NCBI GenBank assembly: GCA_002269645.1
Contig: NIVC01000319.1
Location: forward strand, 496,001-560,000
Length of the DNA: 64,000 nucleotides
From: Macrostomum lignano
Lineage: Eukaryota
Direction: 5' to 3'
Positions 24,301 to 37,301 of the stretch are shown here, in pieces (the stretch's first letter is position 1; each line of letters begins with the position of its first letter). A program made the translations under genes and the position numbers. Under the pieces are notes generated by a model. It did no database searches and had not been told where the DNA came from. It saw nothing but the letters and a program-made list of their open reading frames with translations.

Positions 24301-27300
24301 GAGGTTTTCGAAGAGTTCGAAGCTTGATCCAGCTATACTAACTCCGAGCCATTCTCATCACACTTTTCCGATTCTAGTCCCTCGGCAGCGATAAGGTCGG
24401 AGAATTCCAGGGCAGCCTGGCTGGCGTCCGGGCTGTCCAATCTGAGACTTCACCGGTGAGCGCACTGGCCGGTCGAACCTGCTTTTAGATTTAATTGTGA
24501 CGGTTCCATTTGCAGAATACGAGCGTAAAAATTTCTCTTGTCCAGGGGCGTCGCCATGGATTTTATGGTGCGGGGGGGACAAAACCAAGAATTCTAGATG
24601 CACAGGACTAAATTCCTACATGTAAATTATTTTGAGAATCGGCGTTGCTAGCACTCATTATGGCGCCGCAGGCAGGCACTCATTTTGGCGCCGCAGGCAG
24701 GCACTCATTTTGGCGCCGCAGGCAGGCACTCATTTTGGCGCCGCAGGCAGGCACTCATTTTGGCGCCGCAGGCAGGCACTCATTTTGGCGCCGCAGGCAG
24801 GCACTCATTTTGGCGCCGCAGGCAGGCACTCATTTTGGCGCCCTGAAGCAAAATTATTGATTTCCACAACGGCTCACACGGTCGGGTGGGGGGGACAAAG
24901 GATTGGCGTGTCTTGGCCCCCATAGCTTTTACTGGGGCGGGGGGGGCATGTCCTCCGTCCCCCCCCCCCCCCCCGGTGGCGACGCCCTGTTCTTGTCCAT
25001 GTCTGAGTACCTGCCGCACTGCAAATCTCCTCCCCGATAGAACAGCGACGCCGTATCTCAGCGAGACGTGAAGCTGACGGTGCTGCAGAAGCGGCTGGCC
25101 AGCGCCAAGACCGAACAGGATCGCGTCATCCTCAGCTTCCTCATTCGGGAGCTTGAGACTGTGAGTTTGGAGAATGTATAAAAATACTAATTTTGTAACG
25201 TCAAATTTCCTTAGACGTCAATGCGATTTTCATTGATTCGAACAATTCAGAAAAACGCCAAGATCGCTCAAGTGTTCGATGACATCGTGAGAAAGTCGCT
25301 GACGGATCCCAGGCTGGCGCGCTATTTGAGGATGATCCGCTTCAGGCTGAACAACTTTGACTGCCACCACAGCGTGGTTGACGAGATTAACGAACGATGC
25401 TTCAATCTTGGACAGGTAAGAACGGTATTTCATGTTAGGGACATCTAATGACTTACTTGACTTAGCTGCAGGGCTGTCCCGGAGGGGACACAGCGGGAAG
25501 GCGCGGGCGCCCATTCCGCTAGTCCCTGAACGGCCGACGCGTCGCTATGGACGGAGGGTTGGCGCCGCCCAGGGAGGTCCCCCAGTGTCGCCAGCAGCTA
25601 TGGTGCTCTCTGGAAAGGAGAGTTCAGCCCTGCGGGTGGCCCGAAGGTAGCGCATGAGCTGATTAAAGTTTTCGGGTTTGCACGCTTCAGTAATAGATGT
25701 GTGTGGCCCGAGGTAAGTGAGTCTGGCCCGCGTGAAGGCGGGACAGATGCTGACGAAATGCTCAGCGGTTTCGTCACCTGAGTTGCAGAAACTACAGGTG
25801 GCGTTGGTGGCGTTGCCCTGCAGGTACTGGTGCCTGGAGAAGCAGCCATGACCAGAGAGGGTCATGGTGGCAGCCCGGATGTCTCTGCGCGAGAGGCGCA
25901 AGAGGAGCTTCCGGAGCTGGTGAGAGGGCTGAGGGACAGCGCCTCTGGATTGCCTGCAGTTCGTGCGGTTCGCCCAAGTCGAGCGGTGCTGAGTCCTAAT
26001 CCACGCTTTGATGCGCGAGTCGATGACACAGCCAGGAATCGGGACAAGAGGTTCGGGCCGAGAGAGGAGCCGGAGGCACCAACTTTTGCAAGGGTGTCAG
26101 CCAACTCATTTCCTCGGATCCCCACATGCCCCGGAACCCACTTAAGGGTAATTTTGTTGGCGGAACCCAACACATTGAGGAGTTTGATACAGTCAAGGAC
26201 TGTAGCAGAGTTGGTGCTGCAGCCACTGATGGCGTGCAAGGCAGCTTGGCTGTCCGAATGGAAAATGATGTTCTTACCAGTAACGCCAGTGGCGAGAAGC
26301 TCTGCAGTGCAGGAGCTGATTGCCAGAACTTCATTTTGGAAAACACTGGAGTTGACCCCAGTGTATTGAGCGTGGGTAGCGATGACCCTCCCGTTCAGAA
26401 AGATTCCAACACCAAAGCCGGTGTTGGCTGACTGCTTAGAACCGTCGGTGTAGCAATGAAGCTCACCAGGGTTCCAATGGTCATTGATGTTATCGCGCGA
26501 GTCGATAGCTACGGAGTAGCGCTGTCTCAGGTTGAGCGTTGAGGCAATGCCATCGGTGAAGACGCGATTGGCCTGACACTCGTTGAGAAAGTTGAGGCAC
26601 AGATCGCTATGTGGGACAAGGTTCCGCTTAGCAGGTGCTCTCATGTAAATGAATTTGACGCCGGCATCAATTAGACGCCGCGTCGTTCTAGCCGCCTCAC
26701 CCCTGATGAAGAGGTCAAGAGGCGGAAGATTAAGAAAGGCCCCATGCCAGCAAAGGGCGTGGACCTGGTGGCGTTGCAGATGAGCCTACACGCTCTGCCT
26801 TGGATCGTGTTGAGCAGGTCTGCATGGCTTTTGACCTGGGTAGCGCTAACCCAGACAACAGAGGCGTACGTAATGGCAGGTCTAACTACGGAAGTATAGA
26901 TCCACCAAAGCCGCTTTGGGGATAGACCCCAAGAAGTGCCAAGTGCTCGTCGGAGCTGGGCCAGGATGGCTGAGGCACGCTTAGCTTTTGCTTTCACGTG
27001 GAAGGACCAGTTGAGCCGGTGGTCAAGTGTGACCCCGAGACATCTGGTCTGGTGCGCGAAGGCAATATCTCTGCCGTAGAGCTGCAGAGGACGTATGTTC
27101 CAGCGTAGTCTGCTGGTAAACATAATGGCAACGGTTTTGGGCTCAGAGAGTTCCAAACCATTGTCATTGGCCCAGGATTCTGCTTTGCGGATAAAGCTCT
27201 GCATCAGATCCCTGAGCGTGCTGGGAGACGGTCCTGCCACAATGGCCGTGACGTCGTCAGCATACCCGACTTTGAAGACGGGGTCAGGTCGGGAGTCACT

Positions 27301-28377
27301 CAGAAGAGCGTCCATGACCAGGTTCCAGAGCGTCGGGGTGAGGACTCCGCCTTGGGGTCCACCCTTACAGACTCTGGTGGAGGCAGTTTGCCCAAGAAGT
27401 TGGGCAGTGACCGTACGGTTGGAGATCATGTACATGATCCACCGTATGAGGGTAGCATGAGCTTTGCGATTTTGAAGGGCCCTCTGAAACGCTTCAAAGA
27501 TAACGTTGTCGAAGGCGCCAACAATGTCAAGAAAGAGAGCCAGGGCGTAACCGTCACCCAGTACCGCCCGTTCAATCTTTTCGACAATCGCATGCAGGGC
27601 GCTGTCAGTCGACCTCCCGGTACGGAAGGCGTGCTGATTATTGCTGAGGGGCATCGCTGTCAGCTCGCAGGAGAGCAGCCGCCAGAGAATAAGCCTCTCA
27701 GTGAGCTTAAGCATTGCTGACGTTAAGCTAATTGGCCGGAAGGCCTTGACGCTTTGGTAGTCACCCTTCCCAGGTTTGGGAATAAAGACTACTCGAGCTT
27801 CAGTCCAGCTTTTGGGAACGTATCCCAGCTGGATAGAGGCCCGCATAAGATTGCTCTGGACATCTAATGGCTCTGGATTCGACTTTTGATTCCTTTAAGT
27901 CGATGAGGGCCAATGATCCCAAAGACACAGAGTAGGTACAACACCCGAAAGACGAGTGTTTGTAACCTGGAGTACTGAGGTTTGCAACCTGGAGTAATGA
28001 GGCTTGCAACCTGGAGTACTGAGGCTTGCAACCTGGAGTACTGAGGCTTGCAACCTGGAGTACTGAGGCTTGCAACCTGGAGTAATTAGGAGTACTGAGG
28101 TTTGCAACCTGGAGTACTGAGGTTTGCAACCTGGAGTACTGATGCTTGCAACCTGGAGTACTGAGTACCACCTGCTTCGATCCTCGCTGAGCATGCAACA
28201 GCACCTGAAAACCCTTAGATCGAATAGCTGCCCAAACCCGAATGAACCCTTCTGTTTCAGACCGAGGAGGCGCTGCGCCACGTCTACAAGGTGGTCAACC
28301 TGTGCGAGTCCCGCGTGCCAACCGACAGAATTGTGGCCGCGGTGCGCGAGGTCTGCGGCGATAATTTCCGGCTATGA
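21394..28377 (+). CDS. LGMN: Legumain / asparaginyl endopeptidase (C13), about 444 aa; exons 21394-21585, 22358-22455, 22546-22626, 22721-22861, 22944-23076, 24076-24284, 24378-24455, 25041-25160, 25251-25415, 28261-28377
   Basis: Signal peptide; [31 protein letters not shown], catalytic DHG and [23 protein letters not shown]. One extra C is needed at 22549-22551 to restore E-N-P-T-K-G. Confidence 0.95.
21664..21985. repeat. 15-bp minisatellite (CTGGTGCTGGCGCCC)n in legumain intron 1
   Basis: About 21 units. Confidence 0.95.
23405..23990. repeat. 42-bp minisatellite (CCAGGAGTGCGTAGCTTCTTAACAAGCTCGCTTAACATTGAT)n
   Basis: About 14 units, intronic. Confidence 0.95.
24543..24989. mobile_element. 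hAT-like MITE with an internal 25-bp tandem expansion
   Basis: TIRs CAGGGGCGTCGCCA and TGGCGACGCCCTG; 8-bp TSD CTCTTGTC / TTCTTGTC (7/8); internal (CATTTTGGCGCCGCAGGCAGGCACT) x~8. Confidence 0.8.
25451..27857 (-). mobile_element. 5'-truncated non-LTR retrotransposon (RT + RNase H + C-terminal zinc knuckle; R1/I-group-like), antisense in the last legumain intron
   Basis: RT motifs [26 protein letters not shown]; RNase [38 protein letters not shown]; LSGHG...CSFC...[11 protein letters not shown]. 12-bp TSD GGACATCTAATG at 25439-25450 and 27858-27869; short AAGT(C) repeat tail. Confidence 0.95.
27955..28165. repeat. 22-bp minisatellite (GCAACCTGGAGTACTGAGGYTT)n
   Basis: About 9 units. Confidence 0.9.
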
Positions 28378-29221
28378 TGGAGAACAATCGGCCTCTCCAG
28401 TGACGATTAACAATTCGAAATAATCATTTCTGATGATAATTCTTCGGCTCGAATATCCAGATCAAGCAACCGATGCATGCATCTTCACGGCTCATATACA
28501 ATACATGTATGTGCATTGATTGATTCCCTGCAATCCTGTTTTTCCCGCTCCACAAGTTGAAAGAGGTGAAATTTGTAGACAATTTATGGAAATCTTCTCG
28601 CTCACTCTTTTCATTCGATGTCTTTGTTATTTTTTCTGCCAAATCGATTGCTTTCTATTTTTGATTGCTGCATGTGGGTTTCCTTTGGTGTTAATTAATA
28701 AACTCGCAGCCACAAAGGCCAAAAAGCTACGGCTTTCGATTTGATTTTTTATACTTAAAACTTTCTCTCGTGGTCCAAGGACAAAAATTTTTCTAACTTG
28801 CTTTCGAATTCAATGGGAAAGTGAGTCACCTGAGGCAGCTATGTGAAAGCTGCATGCCAGCCAGATAAGCGATTCCTGCACACGCGGGTCGTCAAAATGG
28901 CAAAAATATTCCACGATCGAAACGTCCTTTGACGAACTATCTTTTTGCCAAAGCCTAATGTTCTTACAGCAAAGGTCGCAGCTCGGGCTTTGTGCAGTTG
29001 GACAACGGGGTCGGTGTTCCACGATTTTTATTTCCAGTCGCAAAGTTGACTTTAATGAGTTCATTTGCGAGTTCCAATGGCAACTTTTGACACCATAAAG
29101 CAAATACAAAACATGTAACAGGCATTGTCATCATTCTGTACTTTCATGACTTGTACATTATGTTGAAATGGATGTACATGCGCACTACCTGCAACTCCAC
29201 TTTGTTTTATAAACCAACCTC

Positions 29222-29415
29222 AAGCGCGTCGCCACCGGGGGGGACAAGGGGAGGGCATGTCCCACCCAGTAAAAGCTATGGGAGGGGACATGCATATTCT
29301 TTGTCCCCCCACCACACCTTATGACTCGTTGTGGTACTGGTAATCAATATTTTTTCTTCAAGGCGCGCTATGTCAAGGCGCCAAACTATAGCGCCTCCGG
29401 CGCCAAAATGAGTAC
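29222..29415 (-). mobile_element. Partial inverted copy of the 24543-24989 MITE family
   Basis: GCGTCGCCACCGGGGG...GCATGTCC...CAGTAAAAGCTATGGG...TTTGTCCCCCC...GGCGCCAAAATGAGTACC matches the right half of the MITE in reverse. Confidence 0.75.
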
Positions 29416-29917
29416 CCCGTGGGTTTACCTCTCTGCTAAGTTCAAGTTTAGGGTAATATTATCTATCAAAAAAATAATTTCGTGCGTCACAGCAAGGTTC
29501 GAGAATCAGAGTGCAATTTCAAACGACTCCGATTAGATAAACGGGTGGACAAGCTTCGCATTTTAAATGGCTGTTTGCATTTTGTTCCACGGGCATACAG
29601 TAATGCAATGTATAAGCTTACATGTAGTCATGACAAACATGCTTTAATGAAGGTTTGCACTAAGAATATCAATGACTCTTCATCAGCGTTTATAATTAAC
29701 TCCGTACTTGGAATAGATAATATCAAAATGCTACTTTATATGGGTCACATGTGCATACATGTTTATCTGAATGTATGTACGCTCGTGTCTATATTCAAAA
29801 ACGGTTTATGGGTACAATACTGCTGAATGCACGAGTTGATGCTCCGTTAATCTAAAAAGGGAGATATTTTTTTACCGGCAAAGTAAATTTTGGTATACAT
29901 GTGCACGTACTGCTAAC

Positions 29918-30290
29918 GTATTAGTCTCCCCAAAGTGTATTAGTCTCCCCAAAGTGTATTAGTCTCCCCAAAGTGTATTAGTCTCCCCAAGGTGTATTAG
30001 TCTCCCCAAAGTGTATTAGTCTCCCTAAAGTGTATTTGTCTCTCGAAAGTGTATTAGTCTCCCCAAAGTGTATTAGTCTCCCCAAGGTGTATTAGTCTCC
30101 CCAAAGTGTATTAGTCTCCCTAAAGTGTATTAGTCTCCCTAAAGTGTATTTGTCTCTCGAAAGTGTATTAGTCTCCCTAAAGTGTATTAGTCTCCCTCAA
30201 GTATATTTGTCTCTCGAAAGTTTATTTGTCTCCCCAAAGTGTATTCGTCTCCCCAAAGTGTATTAGTCTCCCCAAAGTGTATTAATCTCC
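29918..30290. repeat. 19-bp minisatellite (GTGTATTAGTCTCCCCAAA)n
   Basis: About 19 units. Confidence 0.95.
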
Positions 30291-30711
30291 CCGTAGCAAC
30301 CCAGCCCAATAAAAAGATTGTAGCTCTTTGCACTTTTATAGACTTCTGGAACGGTGCAGTCTTCTCAGTCGCATGTTTTTTTTACTAATTTTGCGAGCGA
30401 TGAGCATGCTCAAAATACAATACAGCCTACAAATTTTGTACTATGTACTTTAGTACATGTACAGTACAAGTACATGTACACTGGACTCAACTGCAAGCTT
30501 GTTAGAAATAAAACGAAGTCTTTAACATCAATCTTGTACACCACAGAATAAGATATAATAAAAAGGATCCCTATATTTCTGCATACAGAACACAAAACTA
30601 CTTGACTTAAAATTGCTTAATTCCCAATTGTCGCATGTATTCGTGGCAGGAAATTTTTTATTTGATAGATTATATTGCCCTAAACTTAAACTTGGCAGAG
30701 AGTTAAACCTA

Positions 30712-31035
30712 GGGGCTAACTCAGGGGATTTTATGGTGGGGGAGGACAATGCCAAGAATTCAACATACACATGTACATGACTAAATTCCTACATGTCCAT
30801 TATATTGAGAATCGGTGTTGTAAGCGCCCATTTTGGCGCCGCAGGTACTCATTTTGGAGCCGAGGGCGCTATATTTTACGCCCTGAAGACAGATTATTGA
30901 TTGCCACAACGGGTCAGAAGTTGGGGTGGGGGGGACAAAGCATTGACATGTGTTCCCATAGCTTTTACAGGGAGGGGGACATGTCCCCCCTGTCCCACCC
31001 TGTCCCGCCTGTTTACGCAGAGGGCCTGGTGGCAG
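30712..31035 (+). mobile_element. Diverged near-full-length copy of the same MITE family without the tandem expansion
   Basis: Colinear with 24543-24989 (GGATTTTATGGTG...CCAAGAATTC...GACTAAATTCCTACATGT...TTGAGAATCGG...ATTATTGATT...GGGGACAAAG...CCCATAGCTTTTAC). Confidence 0.75.
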
Positions 31036-34000
31036 CCACGCCTTTGTTGTGTACCTATAGAAAACCACGGATCCCGCTTGTTTAGTTCGAGGGAACTTGG
31101 CCCCTGATCGGTTACACCACAAGCTGCCCACTATCAACAGCTGATGAGGGAGTGTTCCATAAAGGTGAACGACCGGTTTGCATCAATAGAACACAGTTTA
31201 GAGTCTCCAGTGAAAGTTTTAAATCCGATCCTGATCCTGAAATTTGAATCCGGCTGACTGGCCAGTCCGCTCAGCTTCAGATAAGATAGAATCTGCAATC
31301 CGGCCATCTTTCAAGTAAAACTCAAATCGAATTAAAGTTTCGAAGTATAGTAAACTATTATTATAGGCAAATGTATAAATATTATGGACTTATTATAATT
31401 TTAGCGCATTAAAGAATTTGAAGAAACGAATAATGTTTTCGGAGTTTGTTAACATGCAGAAGGGGTCAACAGCCTTAAAACAAATTCTTTTCTCGGCGCA
31501 CAGCTTTCTTAGAAGCGAGATTATTCAGCGAAGCGAAATGGGTGCATGCATAGTAACACAAAAATGAAAGAACAAACTAACTAACCACTTGATGTTTGAG
31601 ATAATGTAAATTCGTGTAGGCAGTGAGTTGTTTATTTACTTTGAAAAGATGCAATGACTAAAATAAAATCAAATTTATTTATCTTTTTTGCACTCTTGAT
31701 ATACACAAAGGCCTACTAGTACTAGGCTAGGTAAAGGTAGGTCTATATTATATTCATAACCTAGAACTAGCTAGACCTTGGCTTTTATAACTGCTGGAAA
31801 TTAAAATAATCTGTGAATAAAATATTCATACTTTATAATATAAGCCTAATTTTATGCAGTTACTAGGGCCTAACTGAGTGAGTTAGTATTGTTATAAAGG
31901 CGCGCCGTTATAAACATGGTTACTATGACCATATAATATAAATGTCAAAATGGTTATTTTTATGGTCAACTATATACAACTTTGTGCTGTCAAAGTAGGA
32001 ATTGGACTTGTCAATTTAAAAGATGGTTATCAAAGATTAATTCTTTTCTCTAGATTCTAATTATTTTTATGATTAAGAAACTCCAAGAACTGACAATTTT
32101 ATCTAAAGACTATATAATGATAGCTTAGCAGTTGAATTGGCAAATTTTCTGCCACCAAGCAACCTTAAATGGTTAGGCCTATAGAAACTTTCTGAAGTTG
32201 GTTCAGAACATTTTTTTCTTTAGCTTTATTAGATAAACTAGTCCTAGTTTGGTAGATTTTGCTATCTAGCTACTTGAAACATATAAAGAAAATATTTCCT
32301 CTTTAACTTTTATGATATACTTCTTTGATTCTTTAAAGCTTATTTTTTGCCAGTTTTTTAAGCAGTTTAAAACATTAGTCACTAGAATGTCATAGTATAG
32401 ACAAACAATAATCAATTCTTTCAAGAGAGAAAAGTATGGTTTTAGTTATTTATCTTTATCTTCAACTTCCAATATTGATATTTGATATTAAGTGTTTCCT
32501 ACATTTTATAAATTCCTTTGGGATGTCTTTTGGGATCTTGGTAGTAGGCCTAGAACTTTGAATTTCTTTGGCTGCAAGAAACTAAAGTAGGCCTAGGCCT
32601 AAATCTCTTGCTTTTTTCAATCAGACTCTTAAAGCCCTCAAATCTGAGCTCATTAGTATGTTCTACAAAGTTTATAATGTTCTATAAATCTAGATTTCTT
32701 TATCAAATGGCATCTATAATCCTTGTCTTGTTACTCTGCTAATTTGTTGATCATCTTTTTTACTTTATGCAGCAGACCAAGTTGCTTTTTGTTGAATAAA
32801 ATAAACTCTAGGCAGGAATTGATGCCTTTATACCAATTAATGGTTTGGCCTCCTTTTAATATTTTCAGTACTATAAATTATCTAGTAAAATAATGAGGTA
32901 AGGGTGGAGAGGATTTAAACTCTTGGGTTGAAGGTCGGCCGAAATTCTTTGAAACCGGTGGCATTGCATTCGCACAAATAAAACCGGAAAATCGCGCAGA
33001 TGAATCACAATGGAATTTCTTCTCCTTTTCTCCAACTGCCAGGTTCTCAAGTCCGGGGGGAGGGTAGTCGTAATCGTAGCAGAGCGGTCGTTTAGCGGCT
33101 CGGGTCGTTCAAAGCGATGAAACACCAGAGATTTCTGGCTCCGTAAATTAATGCGCCAATGTGTTGAACTGGTTACTTTCAGTAGGGTAGTTGCTGCCAC
33201 CACCGTAATTTACGTATTACGGAACAGATAAGTCTCAGAGCTTTCTTTGAGATGAGAACTTGGTTATTTTATGCCCCATGGGCAAATGACTCAATAAATG
33301 CTATGGCTTATGTCAACAGATTAAATGATTTGGGACAAAGGTTTATAGGCTTGGTTTATTAATAATAATGCAGGCTTATGTTTAGTAACGTTAATATTTC
33401 AGACAAAGGAGATGTTCACGGGCGCCGGTGTGCTAAATAAACTTAGAAAATAACAAAAATTAAACTTAGTGAACCAAAAGGTAGATCAAGGAAACAGGGG
33501 GGGGGAGGCCAAAAGAGTTAGAAAACAACTCATCGTGCGCAGATTATAAATAAAGAGCGAATTACATGCACATCGTTTGGAAAATAAACTGGACAGGCCG
33601 ATGGAGCAAAGTTTCAATGCATGGAAACTTTGGGTGGACGGCTTGCCACTAAGGAAAAAGAAGAAAACTTTAACAAAAATCCATCGCAAGGGAGCGCGTT
33701 TTAGCAACAAGTGGAAAACTAAAAACAGTGGCTGGACAGCCACTTGACAGAAAATGATGCGCCAAAATTCACTGGATGGATACGAAAAGTCAAAATTAAT
33801 GTTTCTTGTGCATGCAACTTAGCGTAATGGTTTCATTAAATTTTCATCAGTGGCACTCGACTGCCACAATAATATGATAATATTCCTTTCAGAATTAATA
33901 AAAAGGTGTCCTTGTAGTTTCAGGCTACTAGTTTAGTAAGTTATTTTACATAGATTTTACTAGTTTGAGTTTGGTAAGTTGCTGCCATCAGATTCCTGAT

Positions 34001-35427
34001 TTTCTTTAATCTTTTATCCTTTATCCTTAATTTTATTTATTTAGATAATTATAAAGAATAAAATAGGAAACCAAATATTTATATTTGCTCTAAAGATGTA
34101 AAAAACAAAAAGGTTATTTAAGCATGCAATAGGTTTACAATATTTAGCCATTAGTTGGTACATACCAACTACAATTAGGCATTGACTACCTTTTATTGCA
34201 CTGTTATTGCATTGACTACATTTAACAAATTTATATATATTCTTTATACATTATCCCCAATCTTACCTTTTACACTTTTCTTCTATATGCTTTTGTGTCT
34301 CCCTTATCGAACGAGGCAAAGATTAAATTTTTTTAGACTAGCTTGGCAAGTTTCAAGACTAAAACTTTTATTGAGAATTTCCCTGATTCATTCTTTCTTT
34401 TCTACACCCTAGAAAATGCCGATACTTCAGCCCTTGGAAGGGCTCTTGTGCAACTTATTATTTTTTAAGTCAAATATTTGATGATTATTTAGTCCAATTA
34501 GCAAGAAGAGCAAAGAATAAAGTAAAACAAATATGGAAAATATACATAAAACAAATAATATTGGGATAGCTTAAAAAGGATTTAAAACTAAAATAAATTA
34601 ATTGAAGACTAAAAGTAAAACAAATTTAAACAAATATATGGGTGTAGAAGTAGAAGTACAAACCATTAAAAAGTGTTAAACAAATTGGAGCAATATAGCA
34701 AATAGTGGAATAATTAAAAAGCTACAAATCTAAAAAACAAATAAATACAATAATTTATACAAAATTCTCATTAGAGTTACCTGGTAATGGATAAAAAGTT
34801 GGAGGTCTCTCTCCCAGAGAGAGGTTTAGGCTTGAGTCTAAGTCAATCCTACTAGCTAATTCATTTATAGTCCTATAACTAATTTTACCTAATTTAAAAA
34901 AATAATTGACAAACTTGTCGCATACTACTATTACAAAAATGAAGTTTCCATAGTAGGCAGAGCCAAAATTTGAGTGTATAAATATCTATCCCAGCCTGTA
35001 CAGTGGCATCAAATGCTGTATCACTCAATGGTGTCAGGTGAGGATAAAGGCTTTGGCCTACCTGGTTAGGGTCTTCAGGCCTGCCATGGGTTCCAGGTTT
35101 AAATTGTCCCCACACCTGAGTGAACTGCAGATTGAGATGAAATAAACCTGGTGAGGCCAATCAAGTTCCCAAGGAAGGCTAGGAATAATCTTGGATGCCA
35201 ATCTGTGATTTGGCAAGATTTTTTGCTATTTTGTTTGCTGGGATTTTAACCCCCTAGCAAAGCTTAGCAAACCAAAGCAAAGCCATTTAACTAACAGACT
35301 ATTAGTTAATCTAAGCATTAATCCTTTTCCTCAAGGTAGTGATGACTGGGACCCGGTGACTAGGTCTTAGCCATTCTTTTGTGTCTTCTTTGAAATTGTG
35401 CACTCTGCTGTCTAGGGCTTTTTAAAA

Positions 35428-36060
35428 CTATTTCTTTTCTAAGCTAAGTAGCCAATCTTTAATCATGGGCATCTTGGTGACTAGGTACATGTAAGATATC
35501 TTAATGTAAGGTGAGGCATCAAGCAAGATATGTAAATCTCTTTTTTGAAGCAGTTGAATCCTGTTGACCTGGAAGTCAGACAGGTTTAGCAGGGCTGGCA
35601 CACTGTAAGTTATGGCACTCTTGATGTACAACCTGTATATCAGGTGTAACCCATGCTGGGAAATCCTGGAGTTCTTGGTTATCCTGGCTAAGGCAGCAGC
35701 CTTGTTGGTAGTGGCACCAACAACCTTGTCCACATGAATCTTGAAATTAAGATGCTTGTCAAGGACCATCCCAAGGAAGGTGACAGAATTGTAGTATCTG
35801 ATACTGCTGTGCCCAAGCTTCACCGGGGGATTGTCTGGACCAGTCTTGTTACCTCTGGCCTTAAAGAAGGAAATTGTTTTGCTCTTGGAGGTATTGATAG
35901 TTATGCCAACAGCATCTAGCCACCTCTTTAGTTGGAGGAAGTAGTCATTCAACCTTTTGGCTGACATAGTAGACTTCCTGGCAGATGCCCATACTGACAG
36001 ATCATCTGCATATTGGCTAATTTTAACTTTATTGTCAATAGGCTTTGGTATTGTGCTAAC
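35428..36060 (-). mobile_element. Degenerate non-LTR RT fragment (Jockey/I-like), CpG-depleted
   Basis: Open frame ISQYADDLSVW...INTSKSKTISF...FLGMVLDKHLNFKIHVDKV...IYRLYIKSAITY. Confidence 0.85.
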
Positions 36061-37301
36061 TTAGATTCTTGAGCCTTTCCCTGAGCCTCAACTGCTTGCT
36101 AATTATAAGGAAGCCACAAATTTGCAACTTAACCCCAAGAATATTCCCCCTGGCTAAAACTACTGATAGTAGTGTAAAAGTATGCCCTACTATAACTTCC
36201 TATGTTGAAATTTATATATCATTAAGATGTTGGAGTAGACTTGTAGGTTCCACTGTAAAATTGAATGATGACTGATAAGGGGGCTCTATCACCCAACCTT
36301 AAAGATAAAATATTTGGTCTCAATCTATGCTTCCTTAGGCTGCTATGACTTTAAACCACATTTCATGGTTGTTTGTAGAGATAATAGATGGCTCAGTTAA
36401 AATGTGTGGATTTTCAAATTCAAGTTAATAGGAATCAGACTATACCTGCATTAAGGGAACTGAGGCATCATATTTTCTTGGTTATGAAGGGTCTATCAGT
36501 TTTGCATTTTCAAACAAGTAGATGTCATGTTTTCAGTTATGCAGGCATTTATCTTACACATGACAAAATAGAATATGTCAATCTAATCAGCAACATATAG
36601 CCTTATGCTTGACAATTTGGGAGTTATTATAAAATCATTTTGTCATTTATAGTTTTATTTTAATAATTTCATTACTATAGCTTCTTTCTCTTATTTAAAA
36701 CTAGTCTTAGTCAAGTCCTTAGTTGTCTCAACTAAAATTTTGATTGCTGTAATAAAAAGGTCATTGCTTCACTGGGCTCAATTTTTAGAATTTCTAAACC
36801 CAATCACCTGTGTAAGCTTAGTTTTGTTTAAACTAATAGGGAAACATGGCATACAGAACATTGTTGCAAAACTTCTCCAGTTTGCATAAAATAGCTATTT
36901 AAACAATTGTAAAACCTACATGACCGCTCAAATAATATCAAGATGGGATGTATTCAAAAGTATTCAAAGTAGTATGATAGACCTTTGTGTCTTATTTTGC
37001 ATTTAATTTATACAAACATTACAAAGAATTTTCCCAATGATTATTGAACCTTCAACTAAATAGTTTTCCTGTGAGTAACTTGCTTAACCAACAGTAGAAG
37101 AATAAAATAAAGAACAAACCTGAAATATTTATTTATTTAACTAATGAACTGTTTTCTGAAAAAATGACCTGAACTTGGAACAATAAAAATAAAAAATTGC
37201 TGACACCCTGGCCAGCCAATCAAGTAACTTAATAAAGTACACACCGCCAATGCATTCAAACAAACGTTACCAGATAAACAAAAAACATTCCAGGCTGCCG
37301 A

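Noticed and set aside
32871-33203. 110-aa ORF in a CpG-retaining patch of island 1
   Set aside because: No recognisable family; left unannotated
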